From the human T2T-CHM13v2.0 reference genome, Homo sapiens: a stretch of 64,000 nt of DNA. The DNA is taken from assembly GCF_009914755.1 (NCBI RefSeq), contig NC_060942.1; one strand, 5' to 3'. The translations under genes were made by a program, and so were the position numbers. Shown here piece by piece: positions 48,979 through 64,000 of the stretch. How positions within the stretch are numbered: position 1 is the first letter of the stretch; every line of letters starts with the position of its first letter. The notes under the pieces were generated by a model, which saw only the letters and a list, made by a program, of their open reading frames with translations, searched no databases and had not been told where the DNA came from.

Positions 48979-51627
48979 CTGAAAGTGAAAATTTACCAAA
49001 TCAGCTGAGCCACTTGAAATCCAAAGAATGAGCTTACCCCATCCCACTTGGTAGGTGAATCAAAAGGAGATTGAAAGTCTATGTGCTGAATGAAGGAATC
49101 CTTACACAAACACCGTATACGCAGCATGGTTTCATCTATATGAAATTCTGGGAGAAGCAAAATTCATCTACGGAGAAAAGTCAAACCATTGTTGCAGGGG
49201 GTGGGGATTGACTATGAAACGACAGAGGAACTTTCTAGGGTAATACGTTCATATCTCGATAAAGCTTTGGGTTTCACAGGCAGATGCAATTGTGAAAAAT
49301 CATAGAATGAGTACACCTAAGTAAGATTTGGGTAGATCCGTGTATCTTAGTATGTGCACGTTCTACCTCAAAAATAAATAAATAAATAAAAGAATCATAA
49401 ATACCAATGTACATGCGGAAATGTTTAGGAGTAAAGTCTACTTATGTCTCCAATTCACTTCGAAATGCACCACAAAGTAAGCTGGCTTCCAATGATATGC
49501 CATCTCACACTAGTCAGAATGTCTATTATTAAAAAGTCAAAAAACAACAGATACTGGAGAAGCTGTGGAGAAAAGGGAATGCTTATATACTGTCGGTGGG
49601 AGTGTAAATCAGTTCAGCCGCTGTGGAGATTGTGCCACTGCACTCCAGCCTGGACAATAGAGCGAGACTGAGCCTCAAAAACAACAACAAAAAAAAACCA
49701 AGGCGAGAGTATGGGTGTTCACTGTACAATTCTTTCCACTTTTCTGATTGAAAATGTTTACAATAAAATGTTGTGAAACAGGCCTTAAGGGAAGTTTCAA
49801 ATGATCCAATGCATATATTTATCAATGCAATCCAAACGTCTTTCACTTGAAAGAAGGGCATTTATTCTGTCCTCACTTTGGTCCAGTTGACTCTGGTAGT
49901 ATTTACAAGGTCTTTTCTATAATTATCTAGGATTTTTTTTGTCTCTCTCTTCTCTTTCTTTACTCCTGTTTTCTTTGCTGAATAAAATTTTAGAACACAA
50001 AGATACAGTTTTCAAAATGCTTTTCAAGTCATTATTGATCTTTGCCTTTGTACAGTTCCTTTGTCTCAGCTGATTTTATCTTTAAGCAGCCAAGATCAGT
50101 ACCAGGTCCAAACTATTCAGGAAACAATTTCTGGGTGACTGTGAGAAAAGTACCTCCATTCGGTTCTTTGGAGATTTAACTTTATCTTGGTAAAAGGGGA
50201 TAGCAGCAGTGAAGATTCTGTAAAGATCTAGAAACAATGGTGTACGCGATGTTGAAGAGACATTCTCCAGGCATGGACACTGAGCTGAGAGCATACTGCG
50301 AGGGTCTCAGCTTAGTGGCGTTTCTCTAACATAGTACAGCTTGATCTTAAAAGATCACAGAATATAATCTTTTCTTTGTAAAAACCATATAGAAATACCA
50401 TTACTGAAATGTTTATTTTTCAGTGAAATTTAAAATAGCACAGTGTAATTTTAGTAACACAGAAGGAATTCATGGCTTCCACTGTTATTTTTTAGGCACT
50501 GCCTAATACGTTCAATGATCTTTTCCATTATAAATATTTTAAATTTTAAATTATCAAACAAAAATGGTTATTTCTCTAACACTTGCTACACTAAAAACCT
50601 TACCATGCATCTATTAAAAAAATACATTAGGTAGTCTTTCAAAAACTTTTTACATAAAACAGAACTACCTATTAGTAATTCTGTCAAATAGAAGGACCCC
50701 ATTCTGTCAATAAGTCCTTACCCTCTCAAGATAAAATAGTTATTTAATATTTGTACTCTAAAGCATTATTCTTAATTTTGAAACATAGCATGAACTTACA
50801 TCATATACTATGTTTAATATATTTATTTTCATTTTTAACTTAAAGATGCTTATTTTTATCATATCCCTGTAAAGGGACTTCGTTTGTTTTTAATATAAAA
50901 TAAGAAAAAAAAATGCTTTATGCGGAACCAGATGAGTCATTGTGTTTAATCATGCAGCTCCCCAATTTATTATTTTCATCAACCAGTAGTTAGACAGTTA
51001 TATTTTATGTAATAATGTAGCTCCTACAGTAACACATACATTCTTATGTGTGGTACTTACCTGTAGCAGGGGCTGACGTTTATTCTATTTAGTACTAAGA
51101 TAAACAATAATTTCCTCCATCCTTTATGACCATAATATTCAGGTATTCTGATTCAAATTTCTCTTATCAGCTAATCATTTTAAATAAAATATGCTTTTAA
51201 ACTATAGCGTTTTGTCCAAACAGCTAAAATGACATTTTTTGGCTCTGTATTACATACATGCAATTAGATTTACAGTACAATCAACTCTATCCATTCCCTT
51301 CACAAAGACTAGTCAAGCAAGAAAAAGAAACCAAGGTTACAAGAACTGACTTCACAATGCATTTCTCTATTAACAACAAATACTTCACCAGTTAACGAAT
51401 GTTCCCACTTGCTCCTTATTCACCCCCACCAGTTGCAGGACATCAAAAGAACTCCCCACTACCTCCCAATCTGAGTAACTGCAGGGTCTTGTGTTATTGA
51501 GGAGGGGAGGGGGCCAGGGAGTCATGGAGGCACCACACACTGTGTATGCTGGAGTCTTTGCCCTGAGCCACTGAGAAAAAGCAGCTCAAACCTCATGAAC
51601 ATAAATTTAACTGTTTTTGGAGAATAA

Positions 51628-52667
<1,040 letters not shown>

Positions 52668-53865
52668 TTAAACAGAATTTTTATTTTTTTTTTAGATGGG
52701 GTTTCACTCTTTTTGCCCAGACTGGTAAATAGAATTTTTTTTAAAGTCCCTAAGGTTGCTGACTCATTGCAGACTACTGAAATAGTTCAATAAAGGGGAA
52801 CCACATGACCATTGAGCAGGAGGTGAGATAGGAAATCAGAGAGTGAGAAGGAGCATTAGGATCAGGACAGTACCAAGAAGCTATGTTTGGTTTTACACAT
52901 AAAAATCAAGGGTAGAACGAGGACTGTAGCTATGTGGCGTGACACAGTTTTCCCACTACTTCATCAAGGACTTAATAAATTAGTCTGCATGTTTTTTGTT
53001 GAGAAATGTTATTCACTTCAGTTACTGTTACTGTGATACTAATTTTTACTTTTTTCTTCCACTCAGGACACACAATGGAATCATTCCTCTACTGTGGATT
53101 TAACCAGCAGCTAAAAAATTTATAAAGCCAAACTCCATCGAGCATGAAATAAATTCCTTCTCACTCACTAGCAGTTACTGTTTTTAAACCCTTTCTGTAC
53201 ACTTGGCCTTTTGAAGTGCATTTCAGGATCATGTTAACCTACTGGAAGATTCTCTTATAAACATTAGGTGAAAAACGGCCACCAAGGTGGCAGACAACAA
53301 TGCTACTACCATAATTACCACAGCTGAGACACTTCCAGATAGTTTATAATTCATTTTTAGAGGTTTTTGGATTTCTTCCCAGCAGAATATATCTTCCCTG
53401 TCTTAAAACCAAAGCATCTAAAATGTTGGCTAGGCCTGAGACTTGTTACAACAACTTCTTTGCCAATATTTTTCAAATGATTCAGAAGCCAAGCATTCAA
53501 AGTCTTAATTCATTTGTGTGTAAGAGAAGTATGAGGTTTTTTTTCCATTTTGGAAAAAAAAAAGTTTCTGAGTTCTAGAAAATGTTGTATTTGCTTGATC
53601 CATACTCAAAATCAAGGTGATGTTCTGAAAAGAAAATGATTTGCAATTCTTAGCTACAGGATCTGAGGCAATATTTCCAGATCATTTTTTTCCAGAATGA
53701 AACAAGAGAATATGAATATTTTATAGGGTTGAATAATCAGGGTGGCTTCTGGTGTTGGGAGTTTTTATTTTGAAAAACAAAGCTACTTATTCAATCCATG
53801 GAGAAATTTGGAAAAGTAGGAATTTAAGTTTCTAAATTTCTCAATCTAAATTGAGAAATTTGTGA

Positions 53866-54236
<371 letters not shown>

Positions 54237-54435
54237 TATTTTACCCTTAATCTTACCCATTCGCCCAAGTGAACATCTATAATTTGATCAGAGAAGTCTG
54301 GTATTAGAAAGAAGCTACCCTGTTAATCAGCACTTTCTTTGAAACCTGGTAGTCACCTGACTGAGCAATAAAAACAGCACCTCTAACAACTACAAATAGC
54401 ATGATTTAGTGAAAAATTCTGGAACTATTTAATAA

Positions 54436-54515
54436 TATTCCAGGATAATAATATCAAGGTATTCTAATAACATAGTATTCCAGGTTAATAAGATTAAGGT
54501 ATTCTAATGACATGA
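54436..54515 (+). repeat. Tandem duplication, 2 x 40 bp
   Basis: TATTCCAGGATAATAATATCAAGGTATTCTAATAACAT / TATTCCAGGTTAATAAGATTAAGGTATTCTAATGACAT. Confidence 0.85.
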
Positions 54516-57027
54516 ATTTTAGGAGGGTGGCTGGATTCCTATTCAGTAACATATCTATGATTTACACATATGCGTCAGAAAAAGCGGCTGAGAATGAATG
54601 TTTGATTAAGGTCAATAAACTTTTAACAAGCACCTCTTAGGTGTGCAGCACTGTGCCAGGCACCTCCCAGGGCACTATGATGAATGACCGAGCTTTTCCT
54701 GACCCCAGGGTTCTCACAACCAAGAAGGAAAGAGAAGCTTCTTCCCACCGATGTGGATAAACATAACATTAAAACTGCAGCAATATTTGAAAACAGATTT
54801 GAGGAGATGTTCTAGAGCAAGAGAAATGATCAGGCATCATCTAGGCAGAAATAGAAGGGCATGCATTCAGACAGGAACAGATACAACGTCTTTCACTGAC
54901 TCCTCTCCATGCTCTTTAGATCCATTTCAATTTCCTTCCCTTTGTACCTTTCATAGATCCATTCACGCCCTATTCATCCTTCCAGCCAAGTCCAGATCTT
55001 TCCTGAACCCCAGGCGAATGTCTTTGGTTGTACCTCAGCTCAGCATGCCCCACTGCACTTATCATTCATACAGAGATCATGAATTTACTGACCTGTCTCT
55101 CCCCAGTTCTTCTCCCCCACTATCCTTTTCCAAAAAATAAAAACAAAAACGGCCCTAGGACAGTGTCTGGCTCGCGTGAATGACGATAATGCCTGAGTGG
55201 AAGAATGAGTAAGTGAAGGAAGGAGATCCCTCTGCCTCTCCCTCAGGGACCACACAGGCGCACGGGACCGAGCACCTAAAATCTAGACTCAGCCTGCTGC
55301 CGACTCTGTGTCTTTGGGCAAGTCAAATTCTCAGCCTCAATTTCCTCAGCTATTAAATGAGTATCTCTATGAGTCCTTTTTTTCTGAGATGCTGTGATTC
55401 TTAATTTTACCTTAGTAAACTACCAGCTAAATCTGCCCACCATGATCTCTCTCTCTATTTAGAAAATGAAGTGAGAAAAACTTTTCTCCATTCAGTGTGC
55501 GCAAGGGTGGACAGAAATAATTTGGTAATTCTTTGATCTTTTTGGACAAAAGAAGCAAATAGAAATAGAGAGAAAAATTATTATTCTTTGCTTCTTTGTG
55601 CGTCGGACTGAAGTTGACCCTTTCATCTAAAAAAAGAAAGGTCTATAAAATGTCCTGTAATGACTTCAGAAAGATGACAAAAATGTCATAATAAGTGGGA
55701 ATTTTGGTAGCAGTAACAAGTCCTGGTTGAGGTATTGCAGGTAAAATCAAAGTTCATCAAGTCTTTAAATCTATCCCTTCATAGGTTAACCTTCCAATTC
55801 TTAAGAATCAGATTTTATCACTATCTTCCAGAATAGGAATGGGTGAATAAGGGGTGGAGCACTGGCAGGAAAGTTGCTCCTTCACAACTTCCACCATAAG
55901 ATGAGTTGGAAGAGAAACAGATGATGCTCCACGCCATCTTGGCTCAGGAAGCCAGAGGATCCTGGAGGATGGCTTTGCTTCCAGCCGATGCCCATGGCAA
56001 CCAGCTCTTCCTTCCCCTGGCCCACTCCTCAGGATGTGAGTAAACCTACATCATGCGGAATTATTTCAAGACAGTAAATTCTATTCAAATATAGCATATT
56101 GAGTGTCTAACCTGTGTGTCCAGGTTTCAAATGGAAATGTTAATTCTAATTATGTATTTTTATATCAATATGTATTTGGATTTTGTTGGAATCCAAACTC
56201 TGAAATCGCTAGTGCCTAGGAAAGATGGCATTGATAAAGAGGAAGAACACAGGCTTCAAGTCAGGCAGCCCCCAGTGTGAATTCCAGGTCTACTGGCTGC
56301 CATCAGTGTGGCCTTGGCCGAGGGCTTTACCTCCCAGTCTCTCTATATGAATGATGAGAAGCACGGCACCCAGGCGTTTTTGTGAGCAATCAATGAGATC
56401 ATGTAGGTAAAGGGTTTCATACAATGTATTAAGATCTCAACAAATAGCTGCTCTTATTATGTTCATATTATCAGGGGGTATCACTAAGTTTCCTCAAATA
56501 TAATTAGTCTTTCATGATTATAGCTCATATATTTGAATCTCTGTTTCTCTTAAGTTTTAGAAGAAGAAGTGGGTTGGCCTTTAGGGGCCACTGGGTATGA
56601 AAAGCACATACCTCGAAATAGAAGAAATACTCTTAGCCCAGAAAAATGTGCACAGTGAGAGGCCTAAAGGAAAGGCTGACCTCAGCTCAGCTCAGGGGCT
56701 CGTCAAGGCATGGCCTCATAGCACGATTCGCCCGTTCCCCCTTCCCTTCCTCCCTTCGTCTCCTCCTTCCTCCCTGCCCTTTTCTCATTTGATCTTATTG
56801 TTCTTGCTGCTGTTGGCTTTGCCACACTGAGTACTTATGCCCCTGTAAGTTAACTGCATGTTTGTAAATCACAATCTTTTAATTGTCACGTAAGCCGAGA
56901 AGGGAAAGCACCTCAGGAGGTAACACTGAACGGGTTATGTAAAAAATGAGAGGGAGCTAGCCATGCATGGGTAACACTGAATTTCAACATACTTGGCTTT
57001 CTTTCTAACTTTTTTTGTTTTAAAAAA

Positions 57028-57921
<894 letters not shown>

Positions 57922-59162
57922 TTAAGGGCAGAGGAAGAATTCCACTTGGTGGTGAGGTGACTCTGCTAGTGTCCTTGCCCTACCTCCTCTTCCAGGATCC
58001 CGTGCATCTCAGGAACAAGGCAGCCAGGAGGCCCATGACCTCTCACCCACATGGATTGTGAAGGTGAGTGGGAGGGGCTCAAGCCAAGAGCTCAGGCGAA
58101 GGCCCAATGACCTGGCGTGGGCCTGGCAGCAGCTGCCTCCAGCCCCGGTCCTCAATAAACCCCCTGTTGCCTGAGCGAGGTTTTATTTCTCCTGGGGAAT
58201 AAAATCACCCTCTTCAAACATAATTATTATCTGATTTCTTGCACTTGATGCTCCAGCACGTTTTCAGGGACATGTTCTCCGTGAATGCTGAGGGCTGTGA
58301 ACACATAGGAAAGGTGTGAGGGGTGGAGATGGGGGAAGGATTAAACTGAAATGATTTGGAGCAATGCATCCCCAACAGGTTCAGGGGGGCTGTTTACAAG
58401 TTGTGGCAAAATTCATCTTCACTCAAACCTTTTATTTCCCCAGAAAACAATACAAATATAGCCACGTGTCATAAAGTAGGTGTGTTTTAAAATTAAGTAT
58501 ACATGAACATGCGTTCCCAATACTACATAGTTCCAAGAGGCCTCAGCTCCACTTCTGAGCCATCAGCAAGTGGCAATGGCACCCTACAATAAGTGCTTCC
58601 TTATTCCCGGATCCTCTCCCCTGGGAAACCTGCCACCAAACATGTTCCCATAACAGGAGTCCCCTGCTTAAAGAAATTCTGTTTCCAGTTATTTGTTATA
58701 AGTTAAAAATTATTTTAAACCACTACTAAATGAACTCATTTTGTGTCTCAAAGACCAGTATTCTCAGTATGACTAAAAAATCAAAGCTAAGGCTTAAATA
58801 TGTGAAATATATCAAAGTCTTGCCTGTTTAATGTAAAACGAGACTCTCATTTCCAAAGGGAACTATTTAAAATAACCAGTAGTTATTTTATGACTCTAAT
58901 AAAGAGATCTCTAACACCTGGGAGTATTTTTTTTTAAGGAAGGTGACTTGACTTACTCTAAGCAGGGAGCTCTTTCAGCTTGATGCAGAAACACTAAGGG
59001 GAGAATAACCCCCTCCTTCAAAAGCAAATTCTTGGTTTTTGGACTAAACCAAAGTAATCATTGATGGCTGTTAGTAAAAGAAAAGCTTTAAGATATTCTA
59101 GCGATTCCACCAGGCAAGGACCAAAGCCCTTTCCAACACAGGACAAGAAAATATGTGGGTGG

Positions 59163-59270
59163 TGAGAAAGAAAGACAGGGAGAGATATTGAAAGAAAGAA
59201 AGAGAACAGAGAGAGAGAGAGAAAAAGAGAGAGAAGGAAGGGAGGGAGAGAGGGAGGGAGGGAGGGAATA
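59163..59270 (+). repeat. GA-rich low-complexity tract
   Basis: (GAAA)/(GA)/(GGGA) units. Confidence 0.85.
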
Positions 59271-60149
59271 AAGACCCCATACAAACAGTGAGAGAAAAGT
59301 CAAATCCAAACTCCTGGGAGTCTGGCATTTAACAAGTTGATTTCTTTTCCCCCCTCATGTGAGACGATGAAGAGAAGTTTAATCAGAAAACAAGAGGGGG
59401 TGGTAAGCAGAAGGATTTAGCAGGGTTTTGTTAAGAGTTCCATTTCCCTAGCAATGTGCTCAAGGTGTCCTTGAAAAAGACAGAGGTTTTGATTGTAAGA
59501 GAAACACATGGTATGAACAAGTTAACCACAAATATTTTCTGCAGAAAAACAGTATGTTATCAGTATCCACTTACTCCTCTCACAATGGTTCATTTAAATG
59601 CTCATATTCAATGACTCTGTGATTTTTCATTTAGTATACAAGTTTAGTTGGCAGAGAAAAGAACTTTAATTCATTCATCGTGAAGCAGTTTTCTCTTTTG
59701 TTTCCAAGGACAACAATTTAAATGTTCTACCTGATTAAAATTATTATTGCACTTACGCAAAACACAATAGCACCACAATATGCAACACATTTAAAATTTC
59801 ATATCATTCCCATTGTCCTGAGAAGTCACTGTACCTCTCTCCTAAATCCTTACAGGTGAAAAATAAAAAAGCAAATGCAGCCTTTAAGTTGAATAATGAC
59901 AACACTGTTGGATTAAAATGCAGCTATATTAAATTTTGCTTATATCATTTATGACACTTACAATATTTATATCCTTTAAATACTTAAAACACCAGTTTTC
60001 TGACCAGCCCAAACACTTCCAAAGGCCATGAACTTTTCTACAAAACCCTGAAGGTCTTAGTTATTTCTTTCCCTTTCTTCTGCCACTTCTGCACTTGATT
60101 GTACAGATTTTACTTGCTTATGCTTTAAAACTTTAGCATCCTTGTTTCA

Positions 60150-60311
60150 CTATCGCGGGGCATGTGCTGAGGACCATTTCATGAGTATGTGACCTGCACA
60201 ATCACTTTTCGTTTAGTGCTATGCTGAAACTGTTGAAATGTTTAATAATTTAAAGAAAGAGTCCCACATTTTCACTTTGCACTGGCTCCTCAATTTACAT
60301 GACTGGTCCTG
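60150..60311 (+). mobile_element. MER91-like hAT fragment
   Basis: CACATTTTCACTTTGCACTGG...ACTGGTCCTG terminus. Confidence 0.5.
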
Positions 60312-60874
60312 CATGTGCCTAGTGGTAACTGCAATAAGAAATTGTCCTTAAAAATGTCCAGTGACCAGTACCTCCGATCAAATCATTTGGCACTTGAGAT
60401 GTCAAATGCATCACCATCTCTAACAGAACACCAGCACGAAGACCCCAAGGTGGCTGGATCCACAGGATTAGAGCTACTTTTATTCCAGTACATATCTAAA
60501 GGGTCATCTTACAGACAAAGAAATCATTTGAGTTACGTTTTACCTTATGCACCAATGGCAGACAAATATATTTAACAACAAAACACTCTGATCACAGGTG
60601 CACAGAGTTAAATTATTTTGGTGTCATTCTCACTGGGATTGATACAACACTATATTTTCTCAGTTCTAGTACCATTTTTCCCCTGAAATGAAGCCACCTC
60701 TTTATAAGCACATATACTTTGAACCTGGTAGTTTTTCTCTTTTTCAAAAGGCTATTCCTAGATTAAGGCTGTATATAACAAGAATTGTCTTCATTGTCTC
60801 CAATTCTTTGCCTCACATTCTCTCTTCACTCAGTTCCAACTGAGAAGCTGTTCCTTTTAATCACTAAGAATGCC

Positions 60875-61310
<436 letters not shown>

Positions 61311-61656
61311 CTACATATATCATGCTACATACATACAACATACATCATAATACAGACTCGTGGTTTCCCTCAAGCAACTTCTCAGTCTCTTCTGCTGGCC
61401 ATCCCAAAGGTCTCCATGTGAATCAATTTCCTGTGGTGGCAGCACATGCTCATTCACCGCACAGGTGCAATCGCATGGGGAAAACCTGGGAAGGAGTATA
61501 TTTTCCCAAAATGTGGTCTTTAAAAAGGACGCAAGCAACATAAAGTATACCGAATTGAGGAGCAGAGAACTGGGTTTTCCATGCTGTGTACCCAACACTT
61601 CCTTGTTCAATATTTTAAATCCTGACTTAGATAATGGTATTAAAAAGGCGTCAAAT

Positions 61657-61973
<317 letters not shown>

Positions 61974-62283
61974 TTAGGGGAATCTCAAGAGTGGCCAAAA
62001 TAAAACCAGAGTAAGTTTAGTAGGGATCAATACAGCACCTTCCACTTTTCCCCCAAAATCCACCTGCAAGCACAGCAAGTCCTGGCAAAGGTGGAAAAGA
62101 TGTTATGGTTCTCTGTGAGAGGTGTGCACAATGTGAGAACAGCACTAGGAAAAATGCTAACATGATCTAAGGTTGATTAATAATACCATAACATTAAGGT
62201 AGATGGAAGATGACCCTTTAGCATTCACACATTTGATAACTAAGATTTAATTATGCACAAGGTAGAGAGATAAGAATTACTGC

Positions 62284-62730
62284 AGGGTTTCTCAACTTTT
62301 TTTTTTTTTTTTTTTTCAGACAATCTCTCTCTGTTGCCCAGGCTGGAGTGCAGTGTCACGATATCGGCTCCCCGCATCCTCCGCCTCCCGGGTTCAAGGG
62401 ATCCTCCCACTTCAGCCTCCGGGAGTAGCTGGGACTACAGGTGTGTGCCACCATGCCCGGCTAATTTTTTGTATTTTTAGTAGAGACAGGGTTTTGCCAC
62501 GTTGTCCAAGCTTGTCTCAATCTCCTAAGCTCAGGCAGTCTGCTCACCTCAGTCTCCCAAAGTGCCAGGATTATAGGAGTGAGCCACTACGCCCAGCCAA
62601 GGGCTTCTCCACTTTCACATGTACAAATCTCCTGGGTATCCGGTTCCAGTGCAGATTCTGATGCAGTAGGTCTGGAGTGGGGCTGAGATACTTCGATTTA
62701 ACAAGTTCCCAGGGGATGCTGCACTGAGTT
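62284..62730 (+). mobile_element. MER5A interrupted by a minus-strand Alu (62296-62598)
   Basis: CAGGGTTTCTCAAC...GATTCTGATGCAGTAGGTCTGGAGTGGGG...AACAAGTTCCCAGG; Alu TSD agggtttctcaacttt / agggcttctccacttt. Confidence 0.75.
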
Positions 62731-62739
62731 CAAGAAATT

Positions 62740-63062
<323 letters not shown>

Positions 63063-63379
63063 TCATAAGCTCTCACTCCTTCCAGCAGCTTTCTGTCACT
63101 ATTTAACTAGAACTCCAGATTCCTCACTCTTCATCCAAGTCTTGGAGACCTTTAGCAACTATTTTTAAAGGCAATGTGGTACTTCAGTTAAAACAAAGGT
63201 TTTTGGCTTACTGTTAAGAGGAAAAACTTCAAGGGTTCCAAAACTAAGGACACAACATAGGAACAAGTTCAACTCAGTAACAACCAGGGAAATCTATTAA
63301 GTCAAACCAGTGCAGTTCAGGCCCCATCCACACAGGCAGTGCCCAGAACTATAAATTTCTCAGTTTTATTCAAAAAGAA

Positions 63380-63625
63380 TAAAATATTTAGGAAAAACAT
63401 TTTAACAAAATAAATTCAAGACCAATACACTGAAAACCTATAAACATTTTTCGAGAAATTGAAGAAGTTCTAAATGAATAAAAAGATAATTCTTATTTGT
63501 AGATAGGAAGATTCAACATTGTGAGATAGCAGTTCTCTCCAAATTGATCTATAGATTCTATCCGATTCCAGCAATATCCCTTGACTGTTTTTTTTTTTTT
63601 TTTGTAGAAATTGACAAGCTGTTCC
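63380..63625 (+). mobile_element. L1 ORF2 fragment
   Basis: GGAAGATTCAACATTG...CCAAATTGATCTATAGATTC...GTAGAAATTGACAAGCTG. Confidence 0.7.
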
Positions 63626-63640
63626 CTGGTTGCCTCAGGA

Positions 63641-63642
<2 letters not shown>

Positions 63643-63682
<40 letters not shown>
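63643..63682 (+). repeat. (CT)n microsatellite
   Basis: Seen directly. Confidence 0.9.
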
Positions 63683-63685
<3 letters not shown>

Positions 63686-64000
63686 CTGTCATTAAAAAAT
63701 TAACAATTTGTTTCCTTTGATTTCCTAAGTTCTTCCCTATATTTGTATTATGATAATACAGTGACGGAAAATTTACTTTATGTCCACACTTTGGTAATGA
63801 AGGAATCAAAACCCAGGCTGGACCACATTAATAGATTACTCTCTTAAATCACATTTATGCGAGCCTTGTTTAATGTATTTTCTTTTAAAACAAACTGGTA
63901 GTACTCAAATGGTCTATCCTCACTACACCCCCCACTATGATGTACACACAGAACAGTGAATTTTCTCCCTTTCAGTTCTTGGTTGCACTTTCTACCCCTT

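Noticed and set aside
48680-49047. ORFs overlapping exon 2 on the opposite strand or in another frame
   Set aside because: Shadow ORFs of a GC-rich coding exon; the laminin frame explains the region.
53276-53295. CTCF-like GGCCACCAAGGTGGCAG
   Set aside because: An extra base in the core breaks the CCASYAGRKGGC spacing.
56919-56981. Repeated 12-mer GGTAACACTGAA with a spacer of about 39 bp (CRISPR-like spacing)
   Set aside because: Only two short copies in a eukaryotic intron, with no array or cas genes; a chance match or small duplication.
59018-59328. Three hydrophobic or low-complexity ORFs
   Set aside because: Translations of a CT/GA simple repeat.

Overview
Primate (almost certainly human) genomic DNA. 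The whole window lies inside LAMA1 (laminin subunit alpha-1), transcribed on the minus strand. I could place 15 consecutive coding exons (exons 2-16, 2213 nt; numbering assumes one signal-peptide exon beyond the right edge). All have AG acceptors and matching phases, and they encode the LN domain, LE (laminin EGF) repeats, the L4a domain and the start of the next LE array. Positions 48979-64000 are intron 1, and intron 3 spans about 29 kb. Introns carry about 44 Alu copies or fragments plus old L1, L2/MIR, MLT1/LTR33 LTRs and DNA transposons (MER58A, Tigger2a, MER5A, MER91). Most ORF-track entries are Alu/L1 artefacts. Best leads: (1) a 127-codon in-frame read-through of exon 10 whose TGA overlaps a transposon-derived AATAAA, a candidate short LaNt/netrin-like LAMA1 isoform; (2) a 5'-truncated HSP90AB1 3'UTR retrocopy nested in an L1; (3) local direct repeats bracketing exon 5 and exon 10; (4) a GC-AG intron 2; (5) a duplicated exon 7 donor that would add a stop codon. 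Gene and repeat identities come from recognition by eye, not database searches, and repeat boundaries are approximate.
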